Made by a program: the position numbers and the translations under genes
Notes under the pieces: generated by a model
What the model saw: only the letters and a program-made list of their open reading frames with translations
Database searches by the model: none
Told to the model about the DNA's origin: nothing
Shown here: one piece after another, positions 38,854 through 50,506 of the stretch
Numbering within the stretch: the first letter of the stretch is position 1
How the letters are laid out: the number at the start of each line of letters is the position of its first letter
Source of the DNA: an uncultured Candidatus Rokubacteria bacterium
Lineage (GTDB): Bacteria; Methylomirabilota; Methylomirabilia; Rokubacteriales; DASRDR01
NCBI GenBank assembly: GCA_963805625.1
Contig: CAWDVE010000013.1
Location: 224,001 to 288,000 of the forward strand
DNA length: 64,000 nt
Direction of reading: 5' to 3'

Positions 38854-39815
38854 CGGCTCCACTCCCGGAGCCAGGCCGTCTTCGACCCTCGGTCGTGCCG
38901 CCTCATCAGCGCGACGACCTCCTCGCGCGTGGGCATGGCATCCACCGCGCCCCGGCGCGTGCACGTCAGGCCTCCCGTCGCGCTGGCGACGAGGAGCGCG
39001 TCCTCGATGGGCGCCCCGGCGGCCAGGGAGGCCGCGAGCGCGCCGCTGAAGGCGTCGCCGGCGCCCACCGTGTCGATCGCCTCGACCGGGAAGGCCGGCA
39101 CCCGGACGGTTCCGCCCGCCCCGACGGCGATCGCTCCCGCCTCGCCGAGCGTCACGACCACGGTGGACACTCCGCGGGCGACGAGCGCGCGACCCGCGGC
39201 CTCCGCGTCGGCCGGGCTCCGGACCTCGCGATCCGTGAGCAGCCCGGCCTCGATCTCGTTGGGCGTGAGGTAGTCTACCAGCGCCAGCAGATCGGCAGGA
39301 AGCGGAAGAACGCGTGCCGGCGCGGGATTGAGCATCGTCCGCTTCCCGAGACGCCGCGCCTCGCCGAGCGCCCAGCGCACCGTGTCGATCGGCGTCTCGA
39401 GCTGCAGAAGCACGACGTCGGCGCTCCGGAGGAGATCCACGTGGCTTCGGGCCCGATCGGGCGTGAGCAGGTGGTTCGCCCCCGGCGCGACCGCGATCTG
39501 GTTGCGCCCCTCCGGGTCGACCGCGATGAGCGCGACGCCCGTGGGCGCCTCGGTCGTGCGCCCGATCGGTCCGGGCGGAAGGCGAGCCTCCGCCAGGGCC
39601 GATGCGAGGCGGTCTCCCATCGGATCGGATCCGAGCAGGGTGACGAACGCCACGTCAACCCCGAGGCGGCGGGCCGCCACCGCCTGGTTCGCGCCCTTCC
39701 CTCCGGGCGACGTAACCAGGGTGCCGCCCGACACCGTCTCCCCGACACCCGGGAGCCGCGGGACGGTTACCGTGAAGTCGAGGTTGGAGCTTCCGATCAC
39801 GCAGACGGTGGCCAC
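38850..39815 (-). CDS. rbsK: Ribokinase
   Basis: GSSNLD, PGGKGANQAVAA, LQLE, TPNEIEA, DTVGAGDAF; GTG after GGAGGT. Confidence 0.95.
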   Translation of the reverse strand: MATVCVIGSSNLDFTVTVPRLPGVGETVSGGTLVTSPGGKGANQAVAARRLGVDVAFVTLLGSDPMGDRLASALAEARLPPGPIGRTTEAPTGVALIAVDPEGRNQIAVAPGANHLLTPDRARSHVDLLRSADVVLLQLETPIDTVRWALGEARRLGKRTMLNPAPARVLPLPADLLALVDYLTPNEIEAGLLTDREVRSPADAEAAGRALVARGVSTVVVTLGEAGAIAVGAGGTVRVPAFPVEAIDTVGAGDAFSGALAASLAAGAPIEDALLVASATGGLTCTRRGAVDAMPTREEVVALMRRHDRGSKTAWLREWSR

Positions 39816-40069
39816 GACACCTCCCCCTGCTGGGCGAGCGACAGGACATTGAACGGCATACAGTGCGGGTGGCGCGGCCTGGACCCTCCGCGCACCCAGC
39901 ATCGCTCCGTTGCGTCGTCCTCCCATGATCTCGGCCCGGAGACGGCTGGGGCACCCGGCCACCCATGCTCCTGGCGTCTCGCGCCACCCCGATTGACGCC
40001 CGAGCAGCGGCGTCTGATATCATCGAGACGGCTCGGGACCGGACGACGGGCCGGAAAGGAGAAACAAGG

Positions 40070-40300
40070 ATGAACATCCAGATCACCTACTGCACCGAAT
40101 GAGACTACTACCCACAGGCCTCCAGTTTGCAGGCCGCCATCAAGAAGGAATTCGGAGTCACCGCTAGCCTCCAGGGCGGACACGCCGGGGTGTTCGACGT
40201 GACGCTCGACGGCAAGCGTATCTACTCGAAGGACGAGACCTACCGCTTCCCCACGAACGAGGAGGTCTTCGCCGGCATCCGAGCGCATCAGAAGGCCTAA
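40070..40300 (+). CDS. Rdx-family (SelW/SelT/SelH) selenoprotein, 76 aa, in-frame UGA at 40100-40102
   Basis: MNIQITYCTE-U-DYYPQASSLQAAIKKEFG...GVFDVTLDGKRIYSK...RFP shows CxxU plus G-x-F-(D/E)-V and SK...RFP Rdx motifs. AGGAG RBS and a downstream hairpin are present. Confidence 0.9.
40117..40135 (+). promoter_or_regulatory. Candidate bacterial SECIS hairpin
   Basis: GGCCT-CCA-GTT-TGC-AGGCC stem-loop. The apical loop starts with G about 22 nt after the UGA. Confidence 0.6.
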
Positions 40301-41562
40301 CGGCCAGCCTGCCACTCACGCTCGAGACCCTCGCGGAATCGAGGGTGAGCGATGCGGGTGAGTTCGCGGGCGCGCTGGCCGACGCTCAGGCCCCGCAGCT
40401 CGGCGCGTCCGAACTCGGTCACGACGCAGTCGACGAGGTGGCGCGGCGTCGTGACCGGCGTCCCGGCCGCGAGTTGGGTCACGATCCGCGAGACCTCCCC
40501 GCGCCGTCCGGTTGACGGCAGCGCGATCACCGACCGGTTCCCGCCGAGGGCCGCTCCCGCCACGAAGTCGAACTGGCCCCCGATCCCCGCCACCTGGCGT
40601 GCGCCGAGCGCCTCTGCATTCACCTGCCCCGTCAGATCGAGCTCGATCGCCGAGTTGATCGAGACGAATCGCTCGAGGGCGGCCACCGCCCGCGGATCGT
40701 GGATCGTCGTCGAGGGCTCCATGTACACGCGAGGGTTCTCGTGGACCCAGCGGAACAGCGGTTCGGTGCCCATGATCTCGCCGAGGTCGAGACACCCCGG
40801 ATGGCGGCGATTCCGCGCCCCGGTGATGACGCCGCGCTCCAGGAGCGGCAGCATGGCGTCGAACAGCGCCGAATGGACGCCGAGGTCCCGGTGGCCGCCC
40901 AGCCCCGAGACGATCGCCTCGGGCGTCGCGCCGATGCCCACCTGGATGGTCGCGCCGTCGGGCACGATCTCGGAAACGTGGGCGGCGATCCGCCGCTCCA
41001 CCTCCCCAATCGAGGGCGATGCGTATGGGACCAGCGGACGGTCGGTCTCGACCCAGGCTCCGACCCGGTCGAGGGCGATCGTGCTGTCCCCCAGGGTCCT
41101 CGGCATCCGCTGGTTGACCTCGGCGATCACGAACGGCGCCGTGCGCGCCACCGGCAGCAGGTAGCTCGTCGACACGCCGAGGGAGAGCCGGCCCGCGCCG
41201 TCGGGCGGCGCCGTCTGCAACAGGACCGCGTCGGCCGCCCAGGGCCCCGACGGCCCGAACGCCCACGGGGCGTCGAAGTAGCGGAGTGGGACGAACTCCG
41301 CCTGGTCCCGTGCAAGAGCGTCGCGGAGGGCGGGCATCGCGTGGAAGGTCACCCAGCGGAGGCGCCCATGGTGCTCCGGGGCGCAGAACGGATGCCCGCC
41401 CAGGTGGAGACCGCCCATGAGCGTCAGCGGCCGGAGGCGCTCCGCTTGACGCAAGATCTCGTCGATCAGCGGCGTCGGCTCCCCGCAGCCGGGTGGAACC
41501 AGGACACGCATGCCCGGACGCAGGCGCCCAATGGCCTCCTCGACGGTGACGGAGCCGGCCAC
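40297..41562 (-). CDS. Acetyl-CoA hydrolase/transferase (4-hydroxybutyrate CoA-transferase-like)
   Basis: IAEVNQRMPRT, DGATIQVGIG, INSAIELDLTGQVNAE, GGQFDF, VVTEFGRAELRG. Confidence 0.92.
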   Translation of the reverse strand: MAGSVTVEEAIGRLRPGMRVLVPPGCGEPTPLIDEILRQAERLRPLTLMGGLHLGGHPFCAPEHHGRLRWVTFHAMPALRDALARDQAEFVPLRYFDAPWAFGPSGPWAADAVLLQTAPPDGAGRLSLGVSTSYLLPVARTAPFVIAEVNQRMPRTLGDSTIALDRVGAWVETDRPLVPYASPSIGEVERRIAAHVSEIVPDGATIQVGIGATPEAIVSGLGGHRDLGVHSALFDAMLPLLERGVITGARNRRHPGCLDLGEIMGTEPLFRWVHENPRVYMEPSTTIHDPRAVAALERFVSINSAIELDLTGQVNAEALGARQVAGIGGQFDFVAGAALGGNRSVIALPSTGRRGEVSRIVTQLAAGTPVTTPRHLVDCVVTEFGRAELRGLSVGQRARELTRIAHPRFREGLEREWQAGR

Positions 41563-41579
41563 GCGACGCGAGGGCTGGC

Positions 41580-42779
41580 TCAGGCCGGCCCGGCCAGCGC
41601 TCGACGAAGACCGTCGAGCGTCAGGACGAGCGCGCGGAGACGCACCTGATGGAGATCGCCGCCGGGACGGTGCTGCGCTTCGCTGACGCGCTCGACCGTC
41701 GCCACCCCGATTCGGGTGGGATAGACGGGGTTCGGTCCCTCTCCCTCGGCATTCGCCATCACGAGCGCCGCGCCGACGTCGGTCCCTGCCCAGAGCCGGA
41801 CCGCGCGGGCCAGGTCAGCGGCTGACTCCGATGGCACGCCGAGCCGTCGTCGGGCCCCCTCCAGGGTGGTCACCAGGGTCTCGAGCCGGCTTGCCATCCC
41901 AGACACGCTCGTGAGCCGCTCCGACACGAGGCCGCCCGTTCCAACCTCGACCAGCCCGAGCGTCCGGCCCTGGTCGGCAAGCCGGGTCGCGACGGCGCCC
42001 TCCAGGCTCTCCCCGTCGGTGCCGAACACGGTATCTCCGAGCCGAGCGCAGATCTCGGCCTCTACCGGCGCAATCAAGGCGCGCGCCGCCGCTTCGTCCG
42101 ATCCCTTGGCCGCGATGCGGACGTCGACCTGGCCCGGATGGGCCATGGTCCCGACCGTGGGATTCGCGCCCTTGGTCATGAGGTCCGCCAGGAGCTCACC
42201 CACTCGGCTCTCGCCGAGCCCCGCCACACGCACCAGCCGCGACACGATCGCCGCCTGGAGCCCGTAGCGGGCTCGGACGTGCGGGAGGGCGCCGGTGCGC
42301 AACAGGTACTCCATCTCGCGGGGCACCCCCGGAAGAACGATGAGAGTGCGCTCCCCCTCCTCGAGGATGAAACAGGGAGCGGTACCCACCGGATTCGGCA
42401 GCGGGATGGCCCCGCGAGGGATGTAGGCCTGCTTCCGGTTCGAGGGCGACAGTGGCAGGCCCCGGACCTGGAAGAAGGCCTCGATCTGGCCCAGAAGCTC
42501 GGGGTGGAACTCCAGATCCCGGCCGGTGGCCCGCGCGACCGCCTCCCGGGTGATGTCGTCCTCGGTCGGCCCCAGTCCCCCGGTGGTGATCACGACGTCG
42601 GCTCGCCCGAGGGCTGTCTCCAGGGCGGCAGCCACCCGGCCGAGGTTGTCACCGACGGTGGTCTTCTGAAAGAGGTCGAGCCCGAGGGCGGCCAGCTGGC
42701 GAGCGATGAACGCGGCGTTGGTGTCGACGATCTGACCCAGGAGGAGTTCCGAGCCGACGCTGACGATCTCTGCGCGCAT
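41580..42779 (-). CDS. cinA: Competence/damage-inducible protein A
   Basis: VGSELLLGQIVDTNA, GGLGPTEDDIT, NPVGTAP, LPGVPREM. The C-terminal PncC domain is degenerate. Confidence 0.9.
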   Translation of the reverse strand: MRAEIVSVGSELLLGQIVDTNAAFIARQLAALGLDLFQKTTVGDNLGRVAAALETALGRADVVITTGGLGPTEDDITREAVARATGRDLEFHPELLGQIEAFFQVRGLPLSPSNRKQAYIPRGAIPLPNPVGTAPCFILEEGERTLIVLPGVPREMEYLLRTGALPHVRARYGLQAAIVSRLVRVAGLGESRVGELLADLMTKGANPTVGTMAHPGQVDVRIAAKGSDEAAARALIAPVEAEICARLGDTVFGTDGESLEGAVATRLADQGRTLGLVEVGTGGLVSERLTSVSGMASRLETLVTTLEGARRRLGVPSESAADLARAVRLWAGTDVGAALVMANAEGEGPNPVYPTRIGVATVERVSEAQHRPGGDLHQVRLRALVLTLDGLRRALAGPA

Positions 42780-42993
42780 GGGGTCGCGCCGGCATGGTAG
42801 CACACCCCTTGTCCAGGGCCGGGGGGCCGCAGAAACCGGCTGGATGTTTGCACTTGGACGGTCTGACCGGGCTTCAGACTTACCGGGCTCCGAGGTCTTC
42901 TCGCGGGCCAGTCAGAATATTCGGTTGAATCCATACAGGGTTCCGGACCGTCACATAAACGAAGATGCGAAGCCTCGAAAAAGATGGCTCCGT

Positions 42994-43023
42994 GGAAACT
43001 TTCCGGGCACCTCATCCGTCTCA
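42994..43023 (+). promoter_or_regulatory. Putative ECF-sigma promoter upstream of the RpoD-like gene
   Basis: GAAACTT-N16-GTCTCA matches the sigmaE-type GGAACTT-N16-GTCnnA consensus. Confidence 0.55.
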
Positions 43024-43076
43024 TAGTGAGCACACGAGGGGAACCAGTCCGTACAGGGACCAGAGGAAGGTGAGCG

Positions 43077-44669
<1,593 letters not shown>

Positions 44670-44700
44670 ACGGGGGCCTGGCCCTCGCCCGGACCGTACC

Positions 44701-44734
44701 ACCGGCCGGCCAGTCCTCGGACTGGCCGGCCGGT
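44701..44734. terminator. Perfect 15-bp hairpin between convergent genes (probable bidirectional terminator)
   Basis: ACCGGCCGGCCAGTC-CTCG-GACTGGCCGGCCGGT. Confidence 0.7.
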
Positions 44735-44740
44735 TCATTC

Positions 44741-44956
44741 TCAGCCCAGTGTCGCGACGACCTCCCCCTCCTGGACCGTCTGGCCCTCGCTCACTCGAAG
44801 CTCCTCCACGACGCCTGCGCGCGGTGCCTCGACGGGTATCTCCATCTTCATCGATTCCAGGATCAGGATCGGGTCGCCGGCCGCGACCGTGCTGCCCGCG
44901 CCGGCGACGATCTGAAACACCACGCCCGTGATGTGGGCGCACACGTCCTCTGCCAT
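44741..44956 (-). CDS. Biotin/lipoyl carrier protein (BCCP)
   Basis: 71 aa with the biotinylation motif ILESMKME. Confidence 0.92.
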   Translation of the reverse strand: MAEDVCAHITGVVFQIVAGAGSTVAAGDPILILESMKMEIPVEAPRAGVVEELRVSEGQTVQEGEVVATLG

Positions 44957-44960
44957 CGTC

Positions 44961-46295
44961 CTAAAGCCCTCCCTCGAGAAACCGCGTGTGCACCGCGCCC
45001 GCCCGGAACGCCGGATTGGACAGGATCCGCCGATGGAGGGGAAGGGTGGTCTTGACCCCTTCGACCCGGTAACGCTCGAGGGCATCCGTCATCCGGTCCA
45101 GCGCGTCGTCCCGATCCCGGCCTGCCCCGATGATCTTCGCGAGCAGCGGATCGTAGTGGACCGTGACCACGCTCCCCGGCTCCACTCCGCATTCGTGGCG
45201 AAGCCCGGGCCCTTCGGGGAGCTCGAGCGCCGTGACGGTTCCCGGGGATGGCAGGAAGCCTCGGTCCGGGTCCTCGGCATAGATCCGACACTCGACGGCC
45301 GCACCCCGCACCTGGATGTCCTCCTGAGCCCAGCCTAGGCGATCCCCCGCGGCGATCCGGAACTGGGCCTCGACGAGATCCCGCCCGACGACCTCCTCCG
45401 TCACGGGATGCTCCACCTGGAGCCGGGTGTTCATCTCGAGAAAGTAGAAGTGGTCCCCCTCGACCAGAAACTCGACGGTCCCGGCGTTCCGGTACCCGGC
45501 CGCGGCCGCCACGCGCACGCCCGCCACGTGAACCCGCGCCCGGAGGCCGGCGTCGAGCCGGGGCGCAGGCGACTCCTCGATGAGCTTCTGGTGCCGCCGC
45601 TGGATCGAGCAGTCACGCTCGAAGAGGTGGATCAGTGCGCCGTGCTCGTCACCGAGCACCTGGACCTCGACGTGCCGGGGCCGCTCGACGGCCCGCTCGA
45701 CGTAGACTGCCGCGTCCCCGAAGGCGGACCCGGCGCGCCGCTCTGCGGCGGCGAACGCCGCGTCGAGCCGTTCCGGGCCGGGAACGAGCGCCATACCGAT
45801 CCCGCCTCCGCCGGCGGCGGCCTTCAGCATGACCGGATAGCCGATCGCATCGGCGATCTCGCGGGCCGCCCCCGCGCTCGCGACAGGACCGTCCGATCCG
45901 GGCAGTACCGCAACGCCCGCCCGGGCGACGAGGCGACGCGCCTCCGTCTTCTGGCCCATCATCCTGAGCACGTCGGGAGGCGGACCCACGAAGGTGAGGC
46001 CGACTTTCAGGCAGGCCTCGGCGAACCGCCAGTTCTCCGACAGGAATCCGTACCCCGGATGGACGGCGTCCGCCCCAGCGTCCCGAGCCGCCCCCACCAC
46101 GCGCTCGATCGAGAGGTAGCTCTCGCGTGCGGGCGCCGGGCCGATCGGGAACGCCTGGTCGGCCGCCCGGACGTGGGGCGCACGGGCGTCCGCCTCCGAG
46201 TACACCGCGACCGGACGGATCCCGAGCTTTCGGCAGGCCCGGATGATCCGGAGCGCGATCTCGCCACGATTGGCCACCAGCACGGTGCCGAACAG
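44961..46295 (-). CDS. Biotin carboxylase subunit (probable CTG start)
   Basis: [45 protein letters not shown]. Confidence 0.93.
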   Translation of the reverse strand: MFGTVLVANRGEIALRIIRACRKLGIRPVAVYSEADARAPHVRAADQAFPIGPAPARESYLSIERVVGAARDAGADAVHPGYGFLSENWRFAEACLKVGLTFVGPPPDVLRMMGQKTEARRLVARAGVAVLPGSDGPVASAGAAREIADAIGYPVMLKAAAGGGGIGMALVPGPERLDAAFAAAERRAGSAFGDAAVYVERAVERPRHVEVQVLGDEHGALIHLFERDCSIQRRHQKLIEESPAPRLDAGLRARVHVAGVRVAAAAGYRNAGTVEFLVEGDHFYFLEMNTRLQVEHPVTEEVVGRDLVEAQFRIAAGDRLGWAQEDIQVRGAAVECRIYAEDPDRGFLPSPGTVTALELPEGPGLRHECGVEPGSVVTVHYDPLLAKIIGAGRDRDDALDRMTDALERYRVEGVKTTLPLHRRILSNPAFRAGAVHTRFLEGGL

Positions 46296-46297
46296 GA

Positions 46298-46666
46298 TCA
46301 GACCTCCCCGGGCCGGGACGCGGGCCTTGGCGCGCCGGCGGGCTCGCCCTCCACCCGGGTGACCTCCGCCTCGCGGATGCGCCAACGCCCGCCGGCCCCG
46401 GCGGCCCATCGGGCCTGCACTACCAGGGTCGTCGGCCCCACAAACTTGGTCTTGAAGATGTGGTGGGCTCCGATCCGGGCGTGAGCAACCAGCTCGAACC
46501 CCTTGAACGGGTGCCCCAGCAGCCACTCGACGAGATGCGGCGGCGTGACATCAGCTCCGGGGGCGAGGTCCTCGCGTGCCTGCAGGTCACGGCGGACGAC
46601 ATGCTCGGCGTGGCTCCGGGCCGCCTGCTCCGGCCCGGTTCCCTCGCCCAGCCGGCTCTCGCTCAC
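46298..46666 (-). CDS. Hypothetical protein (possibly NTF2/SnoaL-like)
   Basis: Coupled to both neighbours; alpha-then-beta pattern ending WRIREAEV. Confidence 0.65.
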   Translation of the reverse strand: MSESRLGEGTGPEQAARSHAEHVVRRDLQAREDLAPGADVTPPHLVEWLLGHPFKGFELVAHARIGAHHIFKTKFVGPTTLVVQARWAAGAGGRWRIREAEVTRVEGEPAGAPRPASRPGEV

Positions 46667-47268
46667 GCCAGGCTCCCAGTCACCCCGCCGGAGGCGTCCA
46701 GCTTGTCGCGCAGCTCGCGCTCCCAGGCCGCGATCCGCGCGCGCGCGCCTGGTGTCTGTGCGAGCGCATCCAGCACGGCCTCTCCGTCACTCATATGGCG
46801 ACGCTCGTCGGCGAGGCACCGCTCCAGGATCCGTCGCGTGGGAGGCTCGTACACGGGGTTGACCCGGTCGAGGTGGGCGGCGTAGACGGCGACCAGGTGC
46901 GGCTTCAGGACCCGATACACCCCGGTCAGCCGCTCGATCGTCTCCGCCCAAGCCTCGGGTCCCTCGAGCGCGTCCAGGAAGCGCACGAACTCAGGACCCG
47001 GCGGCTCGGACACCTGCGCCGGAGCTCGCAGCTCGGGCAGCCGTTTCCCCCACTGGTCCGCGTGCTGGGCACAGTCCCACACCTGGCGGCCGAACAGCAG
47101 CTTCGCGGGAACCTCTGGCGTGAGGGCGATCCAGCCGGCCATCACGCGCATCATCCGCTCTTCGGCGTAGCGGTAGCGGCGGACGCGGCGGGCAGTGGCT
47201 TCGACGCCCAGGTGGCCGGCCAGCTCCCGGCCGGGCTGGTCCGCGGGCGAGGGCGTGACCCCGGTCAC
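46663..47268 (-). CDS. Ferritin-like protein with degenerate diiron ligands
   Basis: YAEE...WDCAQH...LADERRH four-helix pattern. Confidence 0.7.
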   Translation of the reverse strand: MTGVTPSPADQPGRELAGHLGVEATARRVRRYRYAEERMMRVMAGWIALTPEVPAKLLFGRQVWDCAQHADQWGKRLPELRAPAQVSEPPGPEFVRFLDALEGPEAWAETIERLTGVYRVLKPHLVAVYAAHLDRVNPVYEPPTRRILERCLADERRHMSDGEAVLDALAQTPGARARIAAWERELRDKLDASGGVTGSLA

Positions 47269-47271
47269 GGG

Positions 47272-48027
47272 CTAGTAGACGGGACTGCGTTGCGTGCTCT
47301 TGACGAGCCGATCGATCTCCTCGTCGGTGAAGCCGGCGAGCCTCCGGTACTCGGTCGCGATCGCGATCGGCACCTGGTCGGCCGGTCCCTCCCGGCGCAT
47401 GCCGCCGAGGTTGAACCGGTCGTCGATTGACTCCTGGAACTCGACAGCCCGCCGACGGCGCTCCGGATCGCCCTCGGTCAGCTTGTTCAGCCAGTAGGAG
47501 CCCATCCGCACGTGGGTGATCTCGTCGGCCAGCACGTAGTCCACCGACTGGGCGATCGTCGGATCCGGCAGGCGGCGGGCGATCTCGACCAGCTGGACGA
47601 ACACGTCACAGGCGAGCCCCTCGAGCCCCCGGTTGACGCCCGCCACGCGCGCCGCGGCGTCCTCCGCGCAGGCGCACCGCCAGAGAATCGTCGTCTCGGG
47701 GAACTCGCCGATGTAGCCGCCCAGGTGCTCCAGCAAGCGGCTGAACACCTCGACGTGGCGCGACTCGTCCCAGGTCTGGCGCGCCATGTCCATCGTGAAC
47801 TCCCACGGCGCATCGGGAAAGTCGTAGACCGTGCGGCCCGCGCCCTCCATCGCCTGGAGCTCGCCGACGAGGATCCCGTGGATGCGCTCCCGGATCGACT
47901 CCACCGACGACAGATCCGGCATGCGTGGCAGACCCTGCTCGGCCCGGATCTCCCCGACCCTGCGCGCGCGCATCCGGACGAATCGGTCCTCCCGCGCCAG
48001 CTTGTCGTAGGCGATCGGCCGCTCCAT
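47272..48027 (-). CDS. Ferritin-like diiron protein (DUF455-like)
   Basis: GELQA...WDESRH...LEG...ADEITH diiron-carboxylate ligand set. Confidence 0.82.
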   Translation of the reverse strand: MERPIAYDKLAREDRFVRMRARRVGEIRAEQGLPRMPDLSSVESIRERIHGILVGELQAMEGAGRTVYDFPDAPWEFTMDMARQTWDESRHVEVFSRLLEHLGGYIGEFPETTILWRCACAEDAAARVAGVNRGLEGLACDVFVQLVEIARRLPDPTIAQSVDYVLADEITHVRMGSYWLNKLTEGDPERRRRAVEFQESIDDRFNLGGMRREGPADQVPIAIATEYRRLAGFTDEEIDRLVKSTQRSPVY

Positions 48028-48092
48028 GCCGGGGATTCTACCCCACGGGCCCGGTGGCGCCTAGGTCGGCCAGGACAGGACGTCCTCGCCCG

Positions 48093-49358
48093 TCACCGGC
48101 TCTCTCGTGACCGGGCTCGCCGCCGCGCCGCCTCGAGAAGGGTGCCCCGGACGAGGGCCTGCGGCCCGAAGCGCGTGCGGACCTCGTCGGTGACGCGACC
48201 CAGCCGATCCGTGCGGTCCGGCTGGCCGAGCAGGGGGAGCTGCTGCGGGTCGGCGGCGCTCGCGAAGCCCGACACGGACAGGCCGATCAGCCGGATGGCC
48301 TGGGGTCGAGGAACCTTGGAAAACGCAGCCCAGACCCGCCGGAAGATCTCCCCGCCGTCCGAGGTGGGTGCCTCCCCGGTCCCCCGACGGGTGAGCGTGT
48401 GGAAGTCCGCGAACCGGAGCTTGAGCGTGACGGTGCGACCGCGAAGCCCGGCCGCGCGCAGCTCGGCCGCCACCCGGTCCGCCTGGGCCAGGAGAGTCGC
48501 CCGGAGGAGTCCGACGTCCCGCGTGTCGCGCCCGAACGTCTCCTCCGCACCGACGGACTTCGGATCGTGCCACGGGACCACGGGGCGCTCGTCGATCCCC
48601 TGGGCCAGCTCGAAGAGGTGCGCGCCGGAGGCGCCCAGCCGGGCCTCGAGCCGCCCCCGACCCAGGCGGACCAGATCCCCGATCGTGCGAACTCCGAGGG
48701 CGGCAAGCTCCTGCTCCGCCGCCGGGCCCACGCCCCAGAGCCGGCGCAGCGGCAGATCGCGCAGGAAGGCCGCCTCCTGGCCCGGCTCAACCACGACCAA
48801 GCCGTCCGGCTTCTCCAGGTCGGAGGCGATCTTCGCGACGAACTTGTTCGGGGCGACGCCCGCCGACGCGGTCAGTCCCACTTCGTCCCGGATCCGCGCC
48901 TTGATCCGGCGCGCGATCTCCACGCCGGTGCCGTGGAGTGCTCGCGAGCCGGTGACGTCCAGGAATGCCTCGTCCAGGGACAGGGGCTCGACCAGAGGGG
49001 TGAAGTCCCCGAGGATCGCCATGATCCGCTCGGACTCCCGCGCGTACTTGTCCATGTCCACCGGCAGGAAGGCAGCCGTCGGGCACAGGCGGTAGGCGCG
49101 CCCGATGGGCATCGCCGAGTGGATCCCGAACCGGCGCGCCTCGTAGGACGCCGCGGAGACCACGCCCCGTCCGCGGGGGTCGGCGCCCACCACGACCGGC
49201 CGCCCGCGAACCTCGGGCCGGTCGCGCTGCTCCACGGACGCGTAGAAGGCGTCCATGTCGACGTGGAGGATCACCCGCGAGGCGCGCGCCTCGCGCCCGG
49301 CCCCCGCGCGGCCGGTGGTCAGTGACCGGCGGGACGGCGCGCCCGAAGCCCCCGCCAC
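48093..49358 (-). CDS. dinB: DNA polymerase IV (start uncertain: 49358 or 49274)
   Basis: ILHVDMDAFYASVE, ASYEAR, SLDEAFLD, AKIASD..KPDG. Confidence 0.95.
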   Translation of the reverse strand: MAGASGAPSRRSLTTGRAGAGREARASRVILHVDMDAFYASVEQRDRPEVRGRPVVVGADPRGRGVVSAASYEARRFGIHSAMPIGRAYRLCPTAAFLPVDMDKYARESERIMAILGDFTPLVEPLSLDEAFLDVTGSRALHGTGVEIARRIKARIRDEVGLTASAGVAPNKFVAKIASDLEKPDGLVVVEPGQEAAFLRDLPLRRLWGVGPAAEQELAALGVRTIGDLVRLGRGRLEARLGASGAHLFELAQGIDERPVVPWHDPKSVGAEETFGRDTRDVGLLRATLLAQADRVAAELRAAGLRGRTVTLKLRFADFHTLTRRGTGEAPTSDGGEIFRRVWAAFSKVPRPQAIRLIGLSVSGFASAADPQQLPLLGQPDRTDRLGRVTDEVRTRFGPQALVRGTLLEAARRRARSRESR

Positions 49359-49413
49359 AGCGACAGAAACCTCGCGGACGACACCTTCGCGGCAGGTCGT
49401 GGGATTGCCCGGA

Positions 49414-50083
<670 letters not shown>

Positions 50084-50091
<8 letters not shown>

Positions 50092-50470
50092 GCTTCGCCT
50101 CCCGGAGCCCGCCCGTCCGGTAGTGCCGGAGGGCGCTCCTGAGCGCGTCCACGACCATGGTAGCCGCGTGACGCCGATCCTCCGGCAGCCCCCCGAGCGC
50201 CGATTCGACGGCCTCGGGTGTCAGCTCGCCCAGCGCCTCGATGGGCCGATCGCGCACCAGCTCGGTCGCGATGCTCGAGGCCGCGATCGACGGACCGCAG
50301 CCGTAGGTCTGGAACCGCGCTTCCCGGATCCGGTCACCCTCGATGCGAAGGTAGAAGCGCGCCAGGTCTCCGCAGCTCGGATCCTCGCTCTCTCCCACCG
50401 CATCCGGGCTCCGCATCATCCCGACGTTCCGGGGCGCGCGGAAGTGGTCCAGGAGCGTCTCGCTGTACAT
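50084..50470 (-). CDS. IscU/NifU-N-like scaffold protein (second copy, third Cys absent)
   Basis: [13 protein letters not shown] and YGCG are present, but the usual HC reads RHA. Confidence 0.85.
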
Positions 50471-50506
50471 CGTACCGTGGACGGCCGGCTACACCGTCTC
50501 TCTCCG

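Noticed and set aside
39797-40315. 172-aa minus-strand ORF
   Set aside because: Antisense shadow of the selenoprotein gene, which has the RBS, family motifs and SECIS candidate.
47512-49095. 527-aa plus-strand ORF
   Set aside because: Antisense to dinB and the ferritin-like gene; no motifs.
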